This document shows positions 15,543 through 24,798 of a stretch of 31,242 nucleotides of DNA, one piece after another. The DNA is from a virus (lineage: Duplodnaviria; Caudoviricetes), in IMG/VR virus record IMGVR_UViG_3300005931_000055, positions 1-31,242 of that record, one strand, 5' to 3'. The notes below the pieces were generated by a model, which worked only from the letters and a program-made list of their open reading frames with translations, did not search any database and was not told where the DNA came from. Within the stretch, counting starts at the first letter, position 1, and each line of letters starts with the position of its first letter. A program made the position numbers and the translations under genes.

Positions 15543-16936
15543 TAGTTTTCCCTTGCTATAAAATTATTTTCTAACGTGTCTAAATTAATATTTATATTAA
15601 TTAAATTATATTCTTCGCTGTCTAGTTTAATAGCATCCCCTGTTTGAAGGTCCCATATAAGGTCGCCCGTTGCAATAACAGAGGTTGCATCCCCCCAATT
15701 GTTTAGGTCCCATAAGTTTTCTGGCTCAACTGCACTTGTGTCATAAGATATTTTGCATAAATCTAGAATATCAAGGCCTGGTACAAAAGGAGTATTAAAC
15801 TCTATTTCTTTTTTCAAACTAGATACATCATTAAAAATATTAGTTACTAAAGTACTAGCCACAGTTGAGGTAGCAACAAAGGTGTTCTCTAGGGATATAG
15901 AGCGCCGCCCTAGTATCCAGGCCAGGTTACCGCCGTCAACTGTTAGGCTTGCTTGTAGGACTTGGTAGCTAGATATTGTATCTGCTTCTTTGTATTTCAA
16001 ACTTACTCTAGAATAAAACTTACTATACTTTGGACCGAACTTTTTAATGCTCTTTATCTGTACTCCATAAGTGTTGTCTGTAGTTATCCCAGGGCCGTTA
16101 AATTCAAACTGACTTGTTGTAGTATTGGCCGCTCTAGATACAAATCTAAAAACACCTTGCGAGTTTACATAACCTAAGTAGTTTTCAGCTTGTGATATTT
16201 TTTCTATTAAATCCCATAAACTTAAATCTACTAAAGCAGCACTAGAGTTTGTGTTTAAATCTGCATAAATACTAGTAGTAGCTTCAATCTCCCAATTGGA
16301 AGTTGTGTTTTCAAAGAAAGGTCTGAATACATAATTGGCCGCGCCGTCGGTATGGTCTCTAATATTTTCCATTAACTGTGAGGCTGTTAATCCTGTACTT
16401 GTAAAGCCTGTTAAATCATCGGCTGGGAATTGTCTAAATATCTCCATTAACGGCATCACGTTAAAGTTTACATTTGTTTTGTCGCTATAATTAACATCCC
16501 CTGAAATAACACCCTTGTATAAAACAACGGTCGCATCCCAGTCATTAGCTTCGTCCCAATAACTCCTATCCCATACAGAGTTATCAATCTCGGATTTTTT
16601 ATAAATACCGTCGGAACCTAAAGAGCTAGTTAAATAACCGGCTTCTATTTTAAACAAAGACCTTTGTTGTGTTGCATAGTTAAACCAAACACTAGAAGGA
16701 TTGTCCTCTGGGTTATATTTGCCATCAATATTAGAAAGCACTATGGAGTTAGATCCAAAGTTAATCTTATTAAATCTTGAGGCATCTATAGAAATACCTA
16801 TTGAACCGAATTTAATTACATCCTTTGTAATTTCAAACCAATCACTTTCATAAGAGCCATCGGCATTCATGCGCTTTATAAAAGCTTTTCTAAAAACCGT
16901 GCTCATGCCTGCTTTAAGTTCTTTGGATAGTCCCAT
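15542..16936 (-). CDS. Tail tip/baseplate hub-like protein
   Basis: Second gene after tape measure; GYVNSQGVFRFVSR and LDILDL segments typical of hub proteins; WD-rich repeats. Confidence 0.6.
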   Translation of the reverse strand: MGLSKELKAGMSTVFRKAFIKRMNADGSYESDWFEITKDVIKFGSIGISIDASRFNKINFGSNSIVLSNIDGKYNPEDNPSSVWFNYATQQRSLFKIEAGYLTSSLGSDGIYKKSEIDNSVWDRSYWDEANDWDATVVLYKGVISGDVNYSDKTNVNFNVMPLMEIFRQFPADDLTGFTSTGLTASQLMENIRDHTDGAANYVFRPFFENTTSNWEIEATTSIYADLNTNSSAALVDLSLWDLIEKISQAENYLGYVNSQGVFRFVSRAANTTTSQFEFNGPGITTDNTYGVQIKSIKKFGPKYSKFYSRVSLKYKEADTISSYQVLQASLTVDGGNLAWILGRRSISLENTFVATSTVASTLVTNIFNDVSSLKKEIEFNTPFVPGLDILDLCKISYDTSAVEPENLWDLNNWGDATSVIATGDLIWDLQTGDAIKLDSEEYNLINININLDTLENNFIAREN

Positions 16937-17703
16937 TAAACCTCACTCAACTTAATTGAGCCTTGAAAACCAGCGGCCAAATGATTGTCTGAGTATTGTT
17001 CGAAACCAAAAGAGCCAGTCCATACACAAGGGAATGAAACTTCATCCCATGACGTTGAGGTTCCAAAGGCTGTAAATATAAACTCATTCTTACTATCGTA
17101 AACAGTTCTTAGGTTGTTCTTAAAAGCGGTTGAAATATATTTAAGCTTAATGTCAGTGGACTGAGTTCTAGCTACCACGTTTACTTTAATTGCACCGTTG
17201 GATAACTTGTGTACCATTTCTTTAGAGTTTACCAATGGCTTGTAACTCTTAGCGCTCGGTATCTTTACAAAGTCTAATAGTAAATCACTTGCTACAAATT
17301 GTCCTATTGCTTTTTCACTATCAGCTACCTGAGTAGTCTTTGCATCTAATGTAATACTTGAAACGTTTGCAGTAGTGCAAAACAAATACATACTTGTTTC
17401 TGAGTTTGTTGACCAATCACTAGCGCTTGTATCAGCACTCGTTAATGCAAAAGTGTTAGCAGTTACACCATTATAGAATATAGAAAAAGACTTATAATTA
17501 ATTCCATACAAAGCAATTCTAGATACGCTTTGAGTTTCATCGAAAGTAATTGTAAAGCTTGAGGTTGTTAAATCATCATTAAATTCGGCAGATACATACT
17601 GACTAGTTTTGTCTCTGGTAAATATATTAATAACTGTTAATGAGCCGCTTGAGATTGTTAATTGAGAGGTTGTATCTAGGTAGTTAGCTTGAATAAATTC
17701 CAT
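16936..17703 (-). CDS. Distal tail-like protein
   Basis: Directly after tape measure; TAATG coupling; ends GSIKLSEV. Confidence 0.6.
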   Translation of the reverse strand: MEFIQANYLDTTSQLTISSGSLTVINIFTRDKTSQYVSAEFNDDLTTSSFTITFDETQSVSRIALYGINYKSFSIFYNGVTANTFALTSADTSASDWSTNSETSMYLFCTTANVSSITLDAKTTQVADSEKAIGQFVASDLLLDFVKIPSAKSYKPLVNSKEMVHKLSNGAIKVNVVARTQSTDIKLKYISTAFKNNLRTVYDSKNEFIFTAFGTSTSWDEVSFPCVWTGSFGFEQYSDNHLAAGFQGSIKLSEV

Positions 17704-19358
17704 TAGAAAGTCCCTTCATCAAATGAAACTGATTCGTTTCTTTGTCTTAATCCTAATAACTCTTGATCAATCATTTTAGCAAACTCTCTTGCTTGTTGCT
17801 GGTCGCCGAGTACTGGGCCTGTAAAATTAAACGTATTACTGCCGCCGCCTACACCGCCGCCGCTGTCTGGATCAAAGTCATCGGGTAAAGGAATTACGGC
17901 CTCGTCCCTACCGCCTTCGCCAATGATTGCATTTGTTCCACCCGAGCTAGCAGTAACAATACCGCCTTCAGCTAATTTTATTCCAGATACTTGCGCTGCT
18001 TGAGCCGCAAATGATGCTCCGACCGCTGCCGCTGCCGCAAAGTTAAACGGTGGGGGAAACGCTGCTAATGCTTTTGAAACCCCTTGAGGTGCCGCAATTG
18101 CAATTTGTGTTAATGCCGCGGCCTTTCCAACTGTCGCTAATGTTTTATTACTAGAGTTTTGCATGCCTGAAATTCTACTTAAAGACGATGCTCTTGCAGA
18201 TTCTTTTGCTTTGTCTAAGGCGTCTTGTGCTGCCGCTCTATTTTTAGAACCCTTTAATTCAATACCTAGCATCTTAGCTTGTTGCTTTTGTGCCTCAGTA
18301 ACTTCATTGGTTCTAGCTTTTGTTTTGATTAGTGCTAAATTTAATTGCGCTTGCTCTTCTTTTTCAAGCTCCTCTTGGCGTTTTATTTCCTCTTGCTCGG
18401 CTTGAATTGCATCTATTTCTGCAAGCTCTTCATTTAAAAGATTTTTCCTATCCTTAATTATAGTGCCCATTTCATCCATGCCCATGGATGCCATTTCTTT
18501 AGCTCTCTTAAACTCGCCTTGAGTTAATAAAGTAATAGACTCAATGGAAGCGGCAAGGCCGGTACCAATTAACTCACCTAATCCTGCAATAGTATTTTTT
18601 AAGAACACAAATGTTTGAGCTACAAACTTAGCTACACTGGCAAGATTTGATAAAAAACTTGATGAATTTTGGGCTTCTTCTCCTAATGTATTTAAGTTTT
18701 TTGCAGCTAAACCAACAAAGGGAGCAAAGGCTTTTCCTACTAGTTCTAATACATCGCCCATTGTATTTTTTAATTGAGTTAAAGCACCCAAACCTTTTGT
18801 TGCAGCTTCAGCTTGGCCGCCAAATTTACCGCCAAGTGATTCAGTCACGGCAGCTAGTTTCTCACTCGCACTTAAGCTAGTATCTATTTCTACGCCGTAT
18901 CTACTTAAAGCATTTGTACTTGAGCCAACTGTTTTACCAACTAAATCAGCGGCAGTTTTTAAATCTACTTTCATGGCTGAAGCAAAATCAAGAGTAGCTT
19001 TTAACAAATCTTCAGTTACCTCTTCTTGACCTAAGTATGCTTGTAGTTGGCCCTGAGCACTGATTATATTTTCATCCCCAAAGGTTGTAACTTTTTGAAG
19101 AGACGATGCTAGCTCTTGATATTTCTTTGATAGTTGTGGCGTGAAAATACCTTGTTGTACTAGTGATTGATTCATTGAATTTATAGCTAGCTCTTGTTCT
19201 TTATATGCTGCTAGGGATGCAGTTAGCCCAGCAATTAAAGCTGCACCTGCTACCTTAGCCGCACCTGCAACACTTCCAAGACCATTTTTTATTGCACCCA
19301 AAGTTTTTGAGCCAGTCTCTTTTATCTTTATTAGTAGCGTTGCCTCTTGTTTAGCCAT
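17703..19358 (-). CDS. Tail tape measure protein
   Basis: Ala/Gly/Lys-rich helical; LQKVTTFGDE, FGGQAEA, LAEGGIV...GEGGRDEAVIPL; follows chaperone. Confidence 0.9.
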   Translation of the reverse strand: MAKQEATLLIKIKETGSKTLGAIKNGLGSVAGAAKVAGAALIAGLTASLAAYKEQELAINSMNQSLVQQGIFTPQLSKKYQELASSLQKVTTFGDENIISAQGQLQAYLGQEEVTEDLLKATLDFASAMKVDLKTAADLVGKTVGSSTNALSRYGVEIDTSLSASEKLAAVTESLGGKFGGQAEAATKGLGALTQLKNTMGDVLELVGKAFAPFVGLAAKNLNTLGEEAQNSSSFLSNLASVAKFVAQTFVFLKNTIAGLGELIGTGLAASIESITLLTQGEFKRAKEMASMGMDEMGTIIKDRKNLLNEELAEIDAIQAEQEEIKRQEELEKEEQAQLNLALIKTKARTNEVTEAQKQQAKMLGIELKGSKNRAAAQDALDKAKESARASSLSRISGMQNSSNKTLATVGKAAALTQIAIAAPQGVSKALAAFPPPFNFAAAAAVGASFAAQAAQVSGIKLAEGGIVTASSGGTNAIIGEGGRDEAVIPLPDDFDPDSGGGVGGGSNTFNFTGPVLGDQQQAREFAKMIDQELLGLRQRNESVSFDEGTF

Positions 19359-19372
19359 ATTTCATCCTTAAA

Positions 19373-19552
19373 CTATCTTTTTTTAGCAAGCTTTGTTTCT
19401 TCTTCAGTACCGCATACAATCGTTAAAAGGTCTAAAGTAAAGTCCTCGGCGTCCGATTTTATAACTTCAGAGGGCCGCAATCCATACCTTTTACAAATAG
19501 CGTCTAGCTCTACTAGCTTTTTCCTAGCTAAGTATTTAATTTGAGGTTTTTT
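19373..19552 (-). CDS. -1 frameshift extension (T part) of tail assembly chaperone GT
   Basis: -1 frame from the A9 run reads KPQIKYLARKKLVELDAICKRYGLRPSEVIKSD...AKKR, stop 19375-19373, 14 nt before the tape measure ATG. Confidence 0.75.
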   Translation of the reverse strand, partial: KKPQIKYLARKKLVELDAICKRYGLRPSEVIKSDAEDFTLDLLTIVCGTEEETKLAKKR

Positions 19553-19989
19553 TTTCCGTAGGTGTAGACGTTTATCTGTTCATAGAGACTATTACATAAG
19601 TCCCAATGTAATAATAAGTTATCGACAAAAAGAACGCCGCTCTCTGCTTCGGTTTCTTTTCTTACAAGTTTAGGCTCAATAACCGCATTCATGAATACGT
19701 CTCTGTAATGTTCTTTGATTTTTTTAAAAGCTACTTCGCCGGTCTTTTCTCTTTTCTGTTCATAGATTTGATAATGCTGAGCCAAAGATTTAGAGCCGTC
19801 CATGTAACTAAAGGGATCTAGCTTTTTAATTTTAAATATAATGCCTTCAATCTTAATAAGCTTTGTCTCGCTTATAAGGTCCTGCACTGACTTTTTATCA
19901 AACCAGCTTTTTTTCATGTAAACTATTAAAGCTGCTCCAAACAATATTAGAACAGCTATTAATAAATAATCAGATACTTGCAATGTCAT
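19528..19989 (-). CDS. Tail assembly chaperone (gpG-like)
   Basis: Between tube and tape measure; AVIEPKL motif; slippery site at 3' end; start uncertain (19989 vs MKKSWF at 19917). Confidence 0.75.
   Translation of the reverse strand: MTLQVSDYLLIAVLILFGAALIVYMKKSWFDKKSVQDLISETKLIKIEGIIFKIKKLDPFSYMDGSKSLAQHYQIYEQKREKTGEVAFKKIKEHYRDVFMNAVIEPKLVRKETEAESGVLFVDNLLLHWDLCNSLYEQINVYTYGKKNLKLNT
19546..19557 (-). promoter_or_regulatory. Programmed -1 ribosomal frameshift site (GGA AAA AAA AAC)
   Basis: In-frame A-AAA-AAC/A-AAA-AAA heptamer near the chaperone stop, in the canonical tube-G/GT-TMP position. Confidence 0.8.
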
Positions 19990-21016
19990 TTGTTAAATCC
20001 AATTGTACCGCGTAGCCGGTAGCACTTGAAATATCTCTAAGTACATTAAAAGATACTTCGCTTGATAATATTTCATCAGGTCCGCCAATTTCTGGGTCCC
20101 CTGCATCGTTAATTTGTACTAAAGGGTATCTAACTTTAATGCCCTCTCTTGCTACTGAGCCGGTCATTGTCGCCGCTTGAAACTCAAGCTCTACTGCAAG
20201 CTCTGTACTTGCAAGCATTGCATCGTAGGCCGTTGTAGTATCAAATCTAATAGTCATTGATAAAGGAAGCGTTGCAATCCCTACAGGTAAAACATCCAAA
20301 GTATCTGAGCCGATTCGTCTTGCTTCAGCGTCCCCTTTTAGGTTGTTACCTATTCCAAAATTTACAGATTGAACATGCCAAAAACTTGAACTTGTTAGGC
20401 TTGCAAAAGAAGCCTCTACACTCACTCGACCATTAACAAAACTTAATGGACTCATTGATGTAAAAGTTAAAGTTGAGCAAACATCATTTGAAGTTGAAGA
20501 TGAGTCTTTACCAATAAAAGCTAATGACATTTTCAAACTATCATCAATCTCGGCAGAAAAGTTTAATTCATTAACTCTTAAGCCGTTGTATTCAAATATC
20601 TTAGCACTGGCTGAGTCACCTTTTCTTAGGTTAGCACTCAATGATTTATTTGTTTGATCCATTGAACCAATTTCAAATACATGAGTTATTGCTGAACCAC
20701 CAGCTGTTTCGCCCGTTGCCGTTGCTGAAGTTACGGTACCGCCAAAGGCGTTTTGTAAAAGCCAACCGGTAGCTGTTAATCTTGAATAAACATAGGCCTC
20801 TAAACCGCCTTCAATTATTTTTCCCATTCTCATATGCTGAGAGTATACTCTGGACTTTTCTAACTGCTCTAAGATTTTACCCTCTTGAGCCGTCTTTAAT
20901 CCTTCAGATATAAACGGAAGGCCGGCAGTTGTAGTCACCATAGTTCCATAAGTTGTTTCACGCCCTAAAGCTAAATATGATTCTGTACTTACTATTGATC
21001 CCTGTCCGACTGCCAT
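19970..21016 (-). CDS. Major tail tube protein
   Basis: YLALGRETTYGT start, FEYNGLRVNELNF, LTND end; position; no sheath gene present. Confidence 0.85.
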   Translation of the reverse strand: MAVGQGSIVSTESYLALGRETTYGTMVTTTAGLPFISEGLKTAQEGKILEQLEKSRVYSQHMRMGKIIEGGLEAYVYSRLTATGWLLQNAFGGTVTSATATGETAGGSAITHVFEIGSMDQTNKSLSANLRKGDSASAKIFEYNGLRVNELNFSAEIDDSLKMSLAFIGKDSSSTSNDVCSTLTFTSMSPLSFVNGRVSVEASFASLTSSSFWHVQSVNFGIGNNLKGDAEARRIGSDTLDVLPVGIATLPLSMTIRFDTTTAYDAMLASTELAVELEFQAATMTGSVAREGIKVRYPLVQINDAGDPEIGGPDEILSSEVSFNVLRDISSATGYAVQLDLTNDIASI

Positions 21017-21017
21017 T

Positions 21018-22010
21018 TTAAACCCTCGCTATGTATTGATAGAAATGATCTTTACCAATCATTTTCAATTTATTATCTACTTTAGATATAAACTCTAAAG
21101 CCTTGTTTTTCTCTTCTAGTATTTTAAATACTACTTCTTTATCATCTTCTTTATATTTATAATTCATTACTTTGTCTAAGCTTGCAATTCGTGGAGTACT
21201 TAAAACTGTGTTCTTACTACACTGTACTACAGGCATGTTAAAAGTTTTAAGGTATTTGTCTAACCAAGACGCTGAAAAGTATAGATTATTCGAGGTATAG
21301 CAGTCCTTCATATTCCTATTAACTAAGTATAGGTGCCGCATATAATTATATTTGCCGTCGCCTGTACTATCAAAAGAGTAGTAGCCACTGTTTGGCATCC
21401 ATGAATAATCATATCCAATTAAGCCCATTACATCATAACCAAAGAAGTTTTTACGCCCTTCGTTATCAGACTGGACCAATAGCACTAGCATTTGATTTGA
21501 AACGTTAGTAGCTGCCGGTATTACATTCGGACATCCTGATAAACCTTGAAACTCGACCTCTGAATTAATTGAGTCTTTGTTTACAGTAAAGTACATGTCC
21601 TTCCAGTTTCCGTTATCAGCCCATTTTGTATTTGCACAAACACTAACAAACAGTGTTGTATTTTGTAGCTTGTCTTTAACTGGCTCCATATACTTTTCAT
21701 AGTTTACATTCGCATCGGCAACAAAACAATAAGTTGGCTCAATGCCATGCTCTAGTAAGTGCATTAGTGTTTTGTCACAACAAAGAATGTCGCAATTATC
21801 TTTGTTCTTTTTAATCTCTTCGATATTTTCCTCAAAAGAAAACCCGTTGGCTACACAAAGAATTGATCTGCCTACCCCAACGTTTTCAAAATCTCTTAAA
21901 GACTTCATTTTAAATTTAGAATGATGTTTAGCATTTGCTTGCCAAATATCCTTCCATTGATTGTAAGCGTTTTTGCTTTGTTTGATTGTTGCTTTTTCGT
22001 CCATTTTCAT
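21018..22010 (-). CDS. Maf/DUF115-like (motility accessory factor-type) glycosyltransferase
   Basis: GRSILCVANGFSFEENIEEIK...ILCCDKTLMHLLEHGIEPTYCFVAD and TNVSN...GYDVMGLIGYDYSW parallel the GKPAIIVAAGPSL...HGIKPD and G...IILIGQDLA motifs of this family. Confidence 0.8.
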   Translation of the reverse strand: MKMDEKATIKQSKNAYNQWKDIWQANAKHHSKFKMKSLRDFENVGVGRSILCVANGFSFEENIEEIKKNKDNCDILCCDKTLMHLLEHGIEPTYCFVADANVNYEKYMEPVKDKLQNTTLFVSVCANTKWADNGNWKDMYFTVNKDSINSEVEFQGLSGCPNVIPAATNVSNQMLVLLVQSDNEGRKNFFGYDVMGLIGYDYSWMPNSGYYSFDSTGDGKYNYMRHLYLVNRNMKDCYTSNNLYFSASWLDKYLKTFNMPVVQCSKNTVLSTPRIASLDKVMNYKYKEDDKEVVFKILEEKNKALEFISKVDNKLKMIGKDHFYQYIARV

Positions 22011-22504
22011 TAGTAGTGCGCCTTTGCTTCTAAGGTTAATAGTCCAACTCTAAAATGTGTATCCTCACTAACAGGATAAGAATGGTAAGTAACTGCCGTA
22101 GGTTTAGAGTGCAAAACCAAACCGTTGAAAGTAGTATCTGACTGCCTTAATACTAGCTCAATATTTTCCATTAATACCTCGCAATCGTCATCGGCAGGAT
22201 CCCCCACTACATCGGCAAAATTATCATTCCATAATATGCCTGCTATTTTAATCTCTATTAAACTTTGTCTTTTACCGTTATCCTGGTTTGTAGCTATGTC
22301 TATAAGATCTATGCTTTTGTTGTCATAGTAAACAGATACACAAGGGTAAAAACTAGGTTGTGGCGGTATTAACTCAGGATTGATTTTTAATATCTTTTGA
22401 ACATTTGTGGATAAGTTTGTGGATAACGTTGTTGTTATCACAGCATCTAATTGTGCTTTTATTTGTGTTTTAATTCCAGGTAGGTCTAGTGCTCTTGCTG
22501 CCAT
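22010..22504 (-). CDS. Tail terminator/completion-like protein
   Basis: Size, position, YPCVSVY strand and MENIELVLR helix. Confidence 0.6.
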   Translation of the reverse strand: MAARALDLPGIKTQIKAQLDAVITTTLSTNLSTNVQKILKINPELIPPQPSFYPCVSVYYDNKSIDLIDIATNQDNGKRQSLIEIKIAGILWNDNFADVVGDPADDDCEVLMENIELVLRQSDTTFNGLVLHSKPTAVTYHSYPVSEDTHFRVGLLTLEAKAHY

Positions 22505-22977
22505 TACTTGCCTTTCACTATAAATGCTAGCGTAACTTTACTTATGCTTTCTGCCGCTTTTCTACTCAACCACATAAATTGCCTTTCTGGCAAGTCGCCT
22601 AATCCTTCGTCGTGAGCCTTAGCATAAGGGAAACCGCTTCTAGTTTTAGCAGGATTAAATAATTCTATTCCAAGTGGGTTTTTTCTAATGTTTGTTTCTC
22701 TTATATTTAATTTTAGATTGCCGGTATCTTGCAAAATATTATTGCCGCCTTTACCAATAGCCTTCATATGCTTATCGTAAAAATCAGACCAACGCTCCCA
22801 TTTGCTCTTTGGGCCTTGTTGCTTTTCAAAGTGCTTTGTAACATCCTTTATCATTATGGCAGCAACAACTCCCATGTAAGCTTTATCTCTCTCCGTAACA
22901 TCCCCTAGCTTCTTTGACATACCAGCGAAAAACTTTGTTGCTTTTCTGTTATCAAATTTGATTTCGGTATCGGCCAT
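22504..22977 (-). CDS. Phage virion morphogenesis protein (Mu gpG/P2 gpS-like)
   Basis: FEKQQGP..KW, ILQDTGNL, YAKAHDEG...LPERQFMWLS. Confidence 0.88.
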   Translation of the reverse strand: MADTEIKFDNRKATKFFAGMSKKLGDVTERDKAYMGVVAAIMIKDVTKHFEKQQGPKSKWERWSDFYDKHMKAIGKGGNNILQDTGNLKLNIRETNIRKNPLGIELFNPAKTRSGFPYAKAHDEGLGDLPERQFMWLSRKAAESISKVTLAFIVKGK

Positions 22978-23462
22978 TAGTCTCTACTACTTTTAATTGC
23001 GTCCAACTTATCCGAATCTACAACCCAACTTAATTCATCGTCTTCAGCAAATGTTTCAGTATAGGAATCTGTGTTAGATAAAACTCTATAAGCTGTATTA
23101 CTAAAATCAGATATTACCGAGCCAGCTGTATTTAAAAGATCTGACTTGTATTCTTGAACAAGCGTTAGGTTATCTAGGGCCATGTCTCGGTACTCTTTAC
23201 CGCGCTCTCTAGACTCTTTGCCGCCACGCCCATTATTTTGATATAGGTAGCCAAGGCTCAGCCATTCGCACCACGTAGTCACTAATGGCGGCACTGAGCC
23301 CACTGTATTAAAGGAAGCAATATCATATCTCTTAGACAGATATTTATTTATTTCATTTTCAGACCATGTAATACATTTGTCCGCTAAAGCTGTAGTAACT
23401 GAATCAAAGGTAGTTCCAATTGCTAAAGTTTGCAGTGATGTTGTTGTACAATAAAGTCCCAT
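22977..23462 (-). CDS. Head-tail adaptor (Mu gp36/DUF1320-like)
   Basis: YCT start, EINKYLSKRYD, VPPLV, YRDMALDNL. Confidence 0.75.
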   Translation of the reverse strand: MGLYCTTTSLQTLAIGTTFDSVTTALADKCITWSENEINKYLSKRYDIASFNTVGSVPPLVTTWCEWLSLGYLYQNNGRGGKESRERGKEYRDMALDNLTLVQEYKSDLLNTAGSVISDFSNTAYRVLSNTDSYTETFAEDDELSWVVDSDKLDAIKSSRD

Positions 23463-23471
23463 GTAAATCCT

Positions 23472-23768
23472 TTATAAAAGTCCGGCTTTAATCATTCTTT
23501 GTTGTAAGGTTTTGTCTTGTTTTAAATTACCGTGAACATTTTGAAACGTTTTGCCGCTGGCCATTTTTGTAACTTTTAATACTAAGTGTTTGTGTATTTT
23601 ATAAGTTATTGATTCAGGCACTTCGGCTAGGCTTTCTACTCTTGCCGTTTCATTTGCTCTTGAAAGTTTCTTTAGATGCTCAGTCTTTGCTGAGCCTACC
23701 TCTTCAATAGTCTTTGCTTTTTCTACAGGTATATCGCTTTTTTTAATGCTTTTTCTTGCTCGAGCCAT
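23472..23768 (-). CDS. Hypothetical basic protein following capsid gene
   Basis: 98-aa ORF with AGGAG SD. Confidence 0.7.
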   Translation of the reverse strand: MARARKSIKKSDIPVEKAKTIEEVGSAKTEHLKKLSRANETARVESLAEVPESITYKIHKHLVLKVTKMASGKTFQNVHGNLKQDKTLQQRMIKAGLL

Positions 23769-23813
23769 TTTGTAAGTCTCCTAATATTAATGTTTGTTTC
23801 CAATATTAAAGGT

Positions 23814-23849
23814 GGCTTATAGGGAAAAAGCAACTAAACCCTATAAGCC
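23814..23849 (-). terminator. Hairpin downstream of the capsid gene (terminator or mRNA stabiliser)
   Basis: Perfect 11-bp stem GGCTTATAGGG/CCCTATAAGCC; only a weak U tract. Confidence 0.55.
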
Positions 23850-23875
23850 GTGCGCATAAATTTATGGCAATTTTA

Positions 23876-24784
23876 TTATGGTGCTACGCCAGCAACTAGA
23901 TAACCCGAAAGTGAACTAACTATTTTAATTGCATACTCTTTTCTAACTTCAATTGCTTCTGATTCTCTCTCTTCAACTCTCCAACGCTTAACTGGCGCTT
24001 TAGCTTTTTCAAAGATATACCCAGCACTTGGAGCTTTTGGAGAAGCTCTAGGCGGTTTATATCCTAAGAAAGCATGCTTAGGCCACATTTGAGCTACTGA
24101 AGATGTAAGCCCTTCAGCCGCAGAATCTAATTGAGCATTGGAAACTAAAAGCTCACCAACTCCGAAAAGACTTGCAAGCATAGACTCGCTGATTTCAGCA
24201 CTTGTGTACTTAACTCGGTCCAATACATTACTGTTATTTTTAGCAAGTACAAAACTGTCTCGACCTAAAATAACATAGTTTGGCATTTGACCAGAGTTAG
24301 CAAGTACAACACTCGCTGCCGTATCAAGATCTGCAATTGGATTAGCAGTTAATGTTAAATTGTTCCAACTCAAAGCTGAAGATAAAGAATGCGTAAGACT
24401 CCAAGACGTTTTAGTGAATAAATCTATAAAAGATTTTTCTTTTCTACGCATGATAGCATCAGTTAATTCTTCAGTTGTATCAGCTCTTAAATCAGAAACG
24501 TCATAGTTTTCAACATCACTATCTGAAACAAAATCAACAAGTGCATGTTTTTCTAAAACATAACTAGAGTTACTTACTTCAAAATAATGCTCTCTGGCTT
24601 TTGCGCCATTAGCTCTACTTGTTTCAGGAATTCTAAAATTTCTATCATAAACTCTATAAAGATCAGAGTCCTTTTTAACATTTACGGCAGGGAAAGCTTT
24701 ATGAGCTATAAACTCATTGTTGCTATACCTAACAGAAATATTCGAAAGGAGCTGATCCACATGTAATTTACTTTTAACTGGCAT
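23876..24784 (-). CDS. Major capsid protein
   Basis: HVDQLLSNISVRYSN..FIA..AFP.V.V N-terminus, ANPIADL, GYLV end; follows protease and cement genes. Confidence 0.9.
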   Translation of the reverse strand: MPVKSKLHVDQLLSNISVRYSNNEFIAHKAFPAVNVKKDSDLYRVYDRNFRIPETSRANGAKAREHYFEVSNSSYVLEKHALVDFVSDSDVENYDVSDLRADTTEELTDAIMRRKEKSFIDLFTKTSWSLTHSLSSALSWNNLTLTANPIADLDTAASVVLANSGQMPNYVILGRDSFVLAKNNSNVLDRVKYTSAEISESMLASLFGVGELLVSNAQLDSAAEGLTSSVAQMWPKHAFLGYKPPRASPKAPSAGYIFEKAKAPVKRWRVEERESEAIEVRKEYAIKIVSSLSGYLVAGVAP

Positions 24785-24798
24785 GATTTAGTCCTTTC

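Noticed and set aside
19347-19544. 65-aa plus-strand ORF
   Set aside because: Antisense to the frameshifted chaperone extension
21018-22010. Folate/pterin kinase (MptE) function
   Set aside because: Shares a domain family with Maf, but there are no pterin genes and the context is glycan and tail genes; not excluded experimentally
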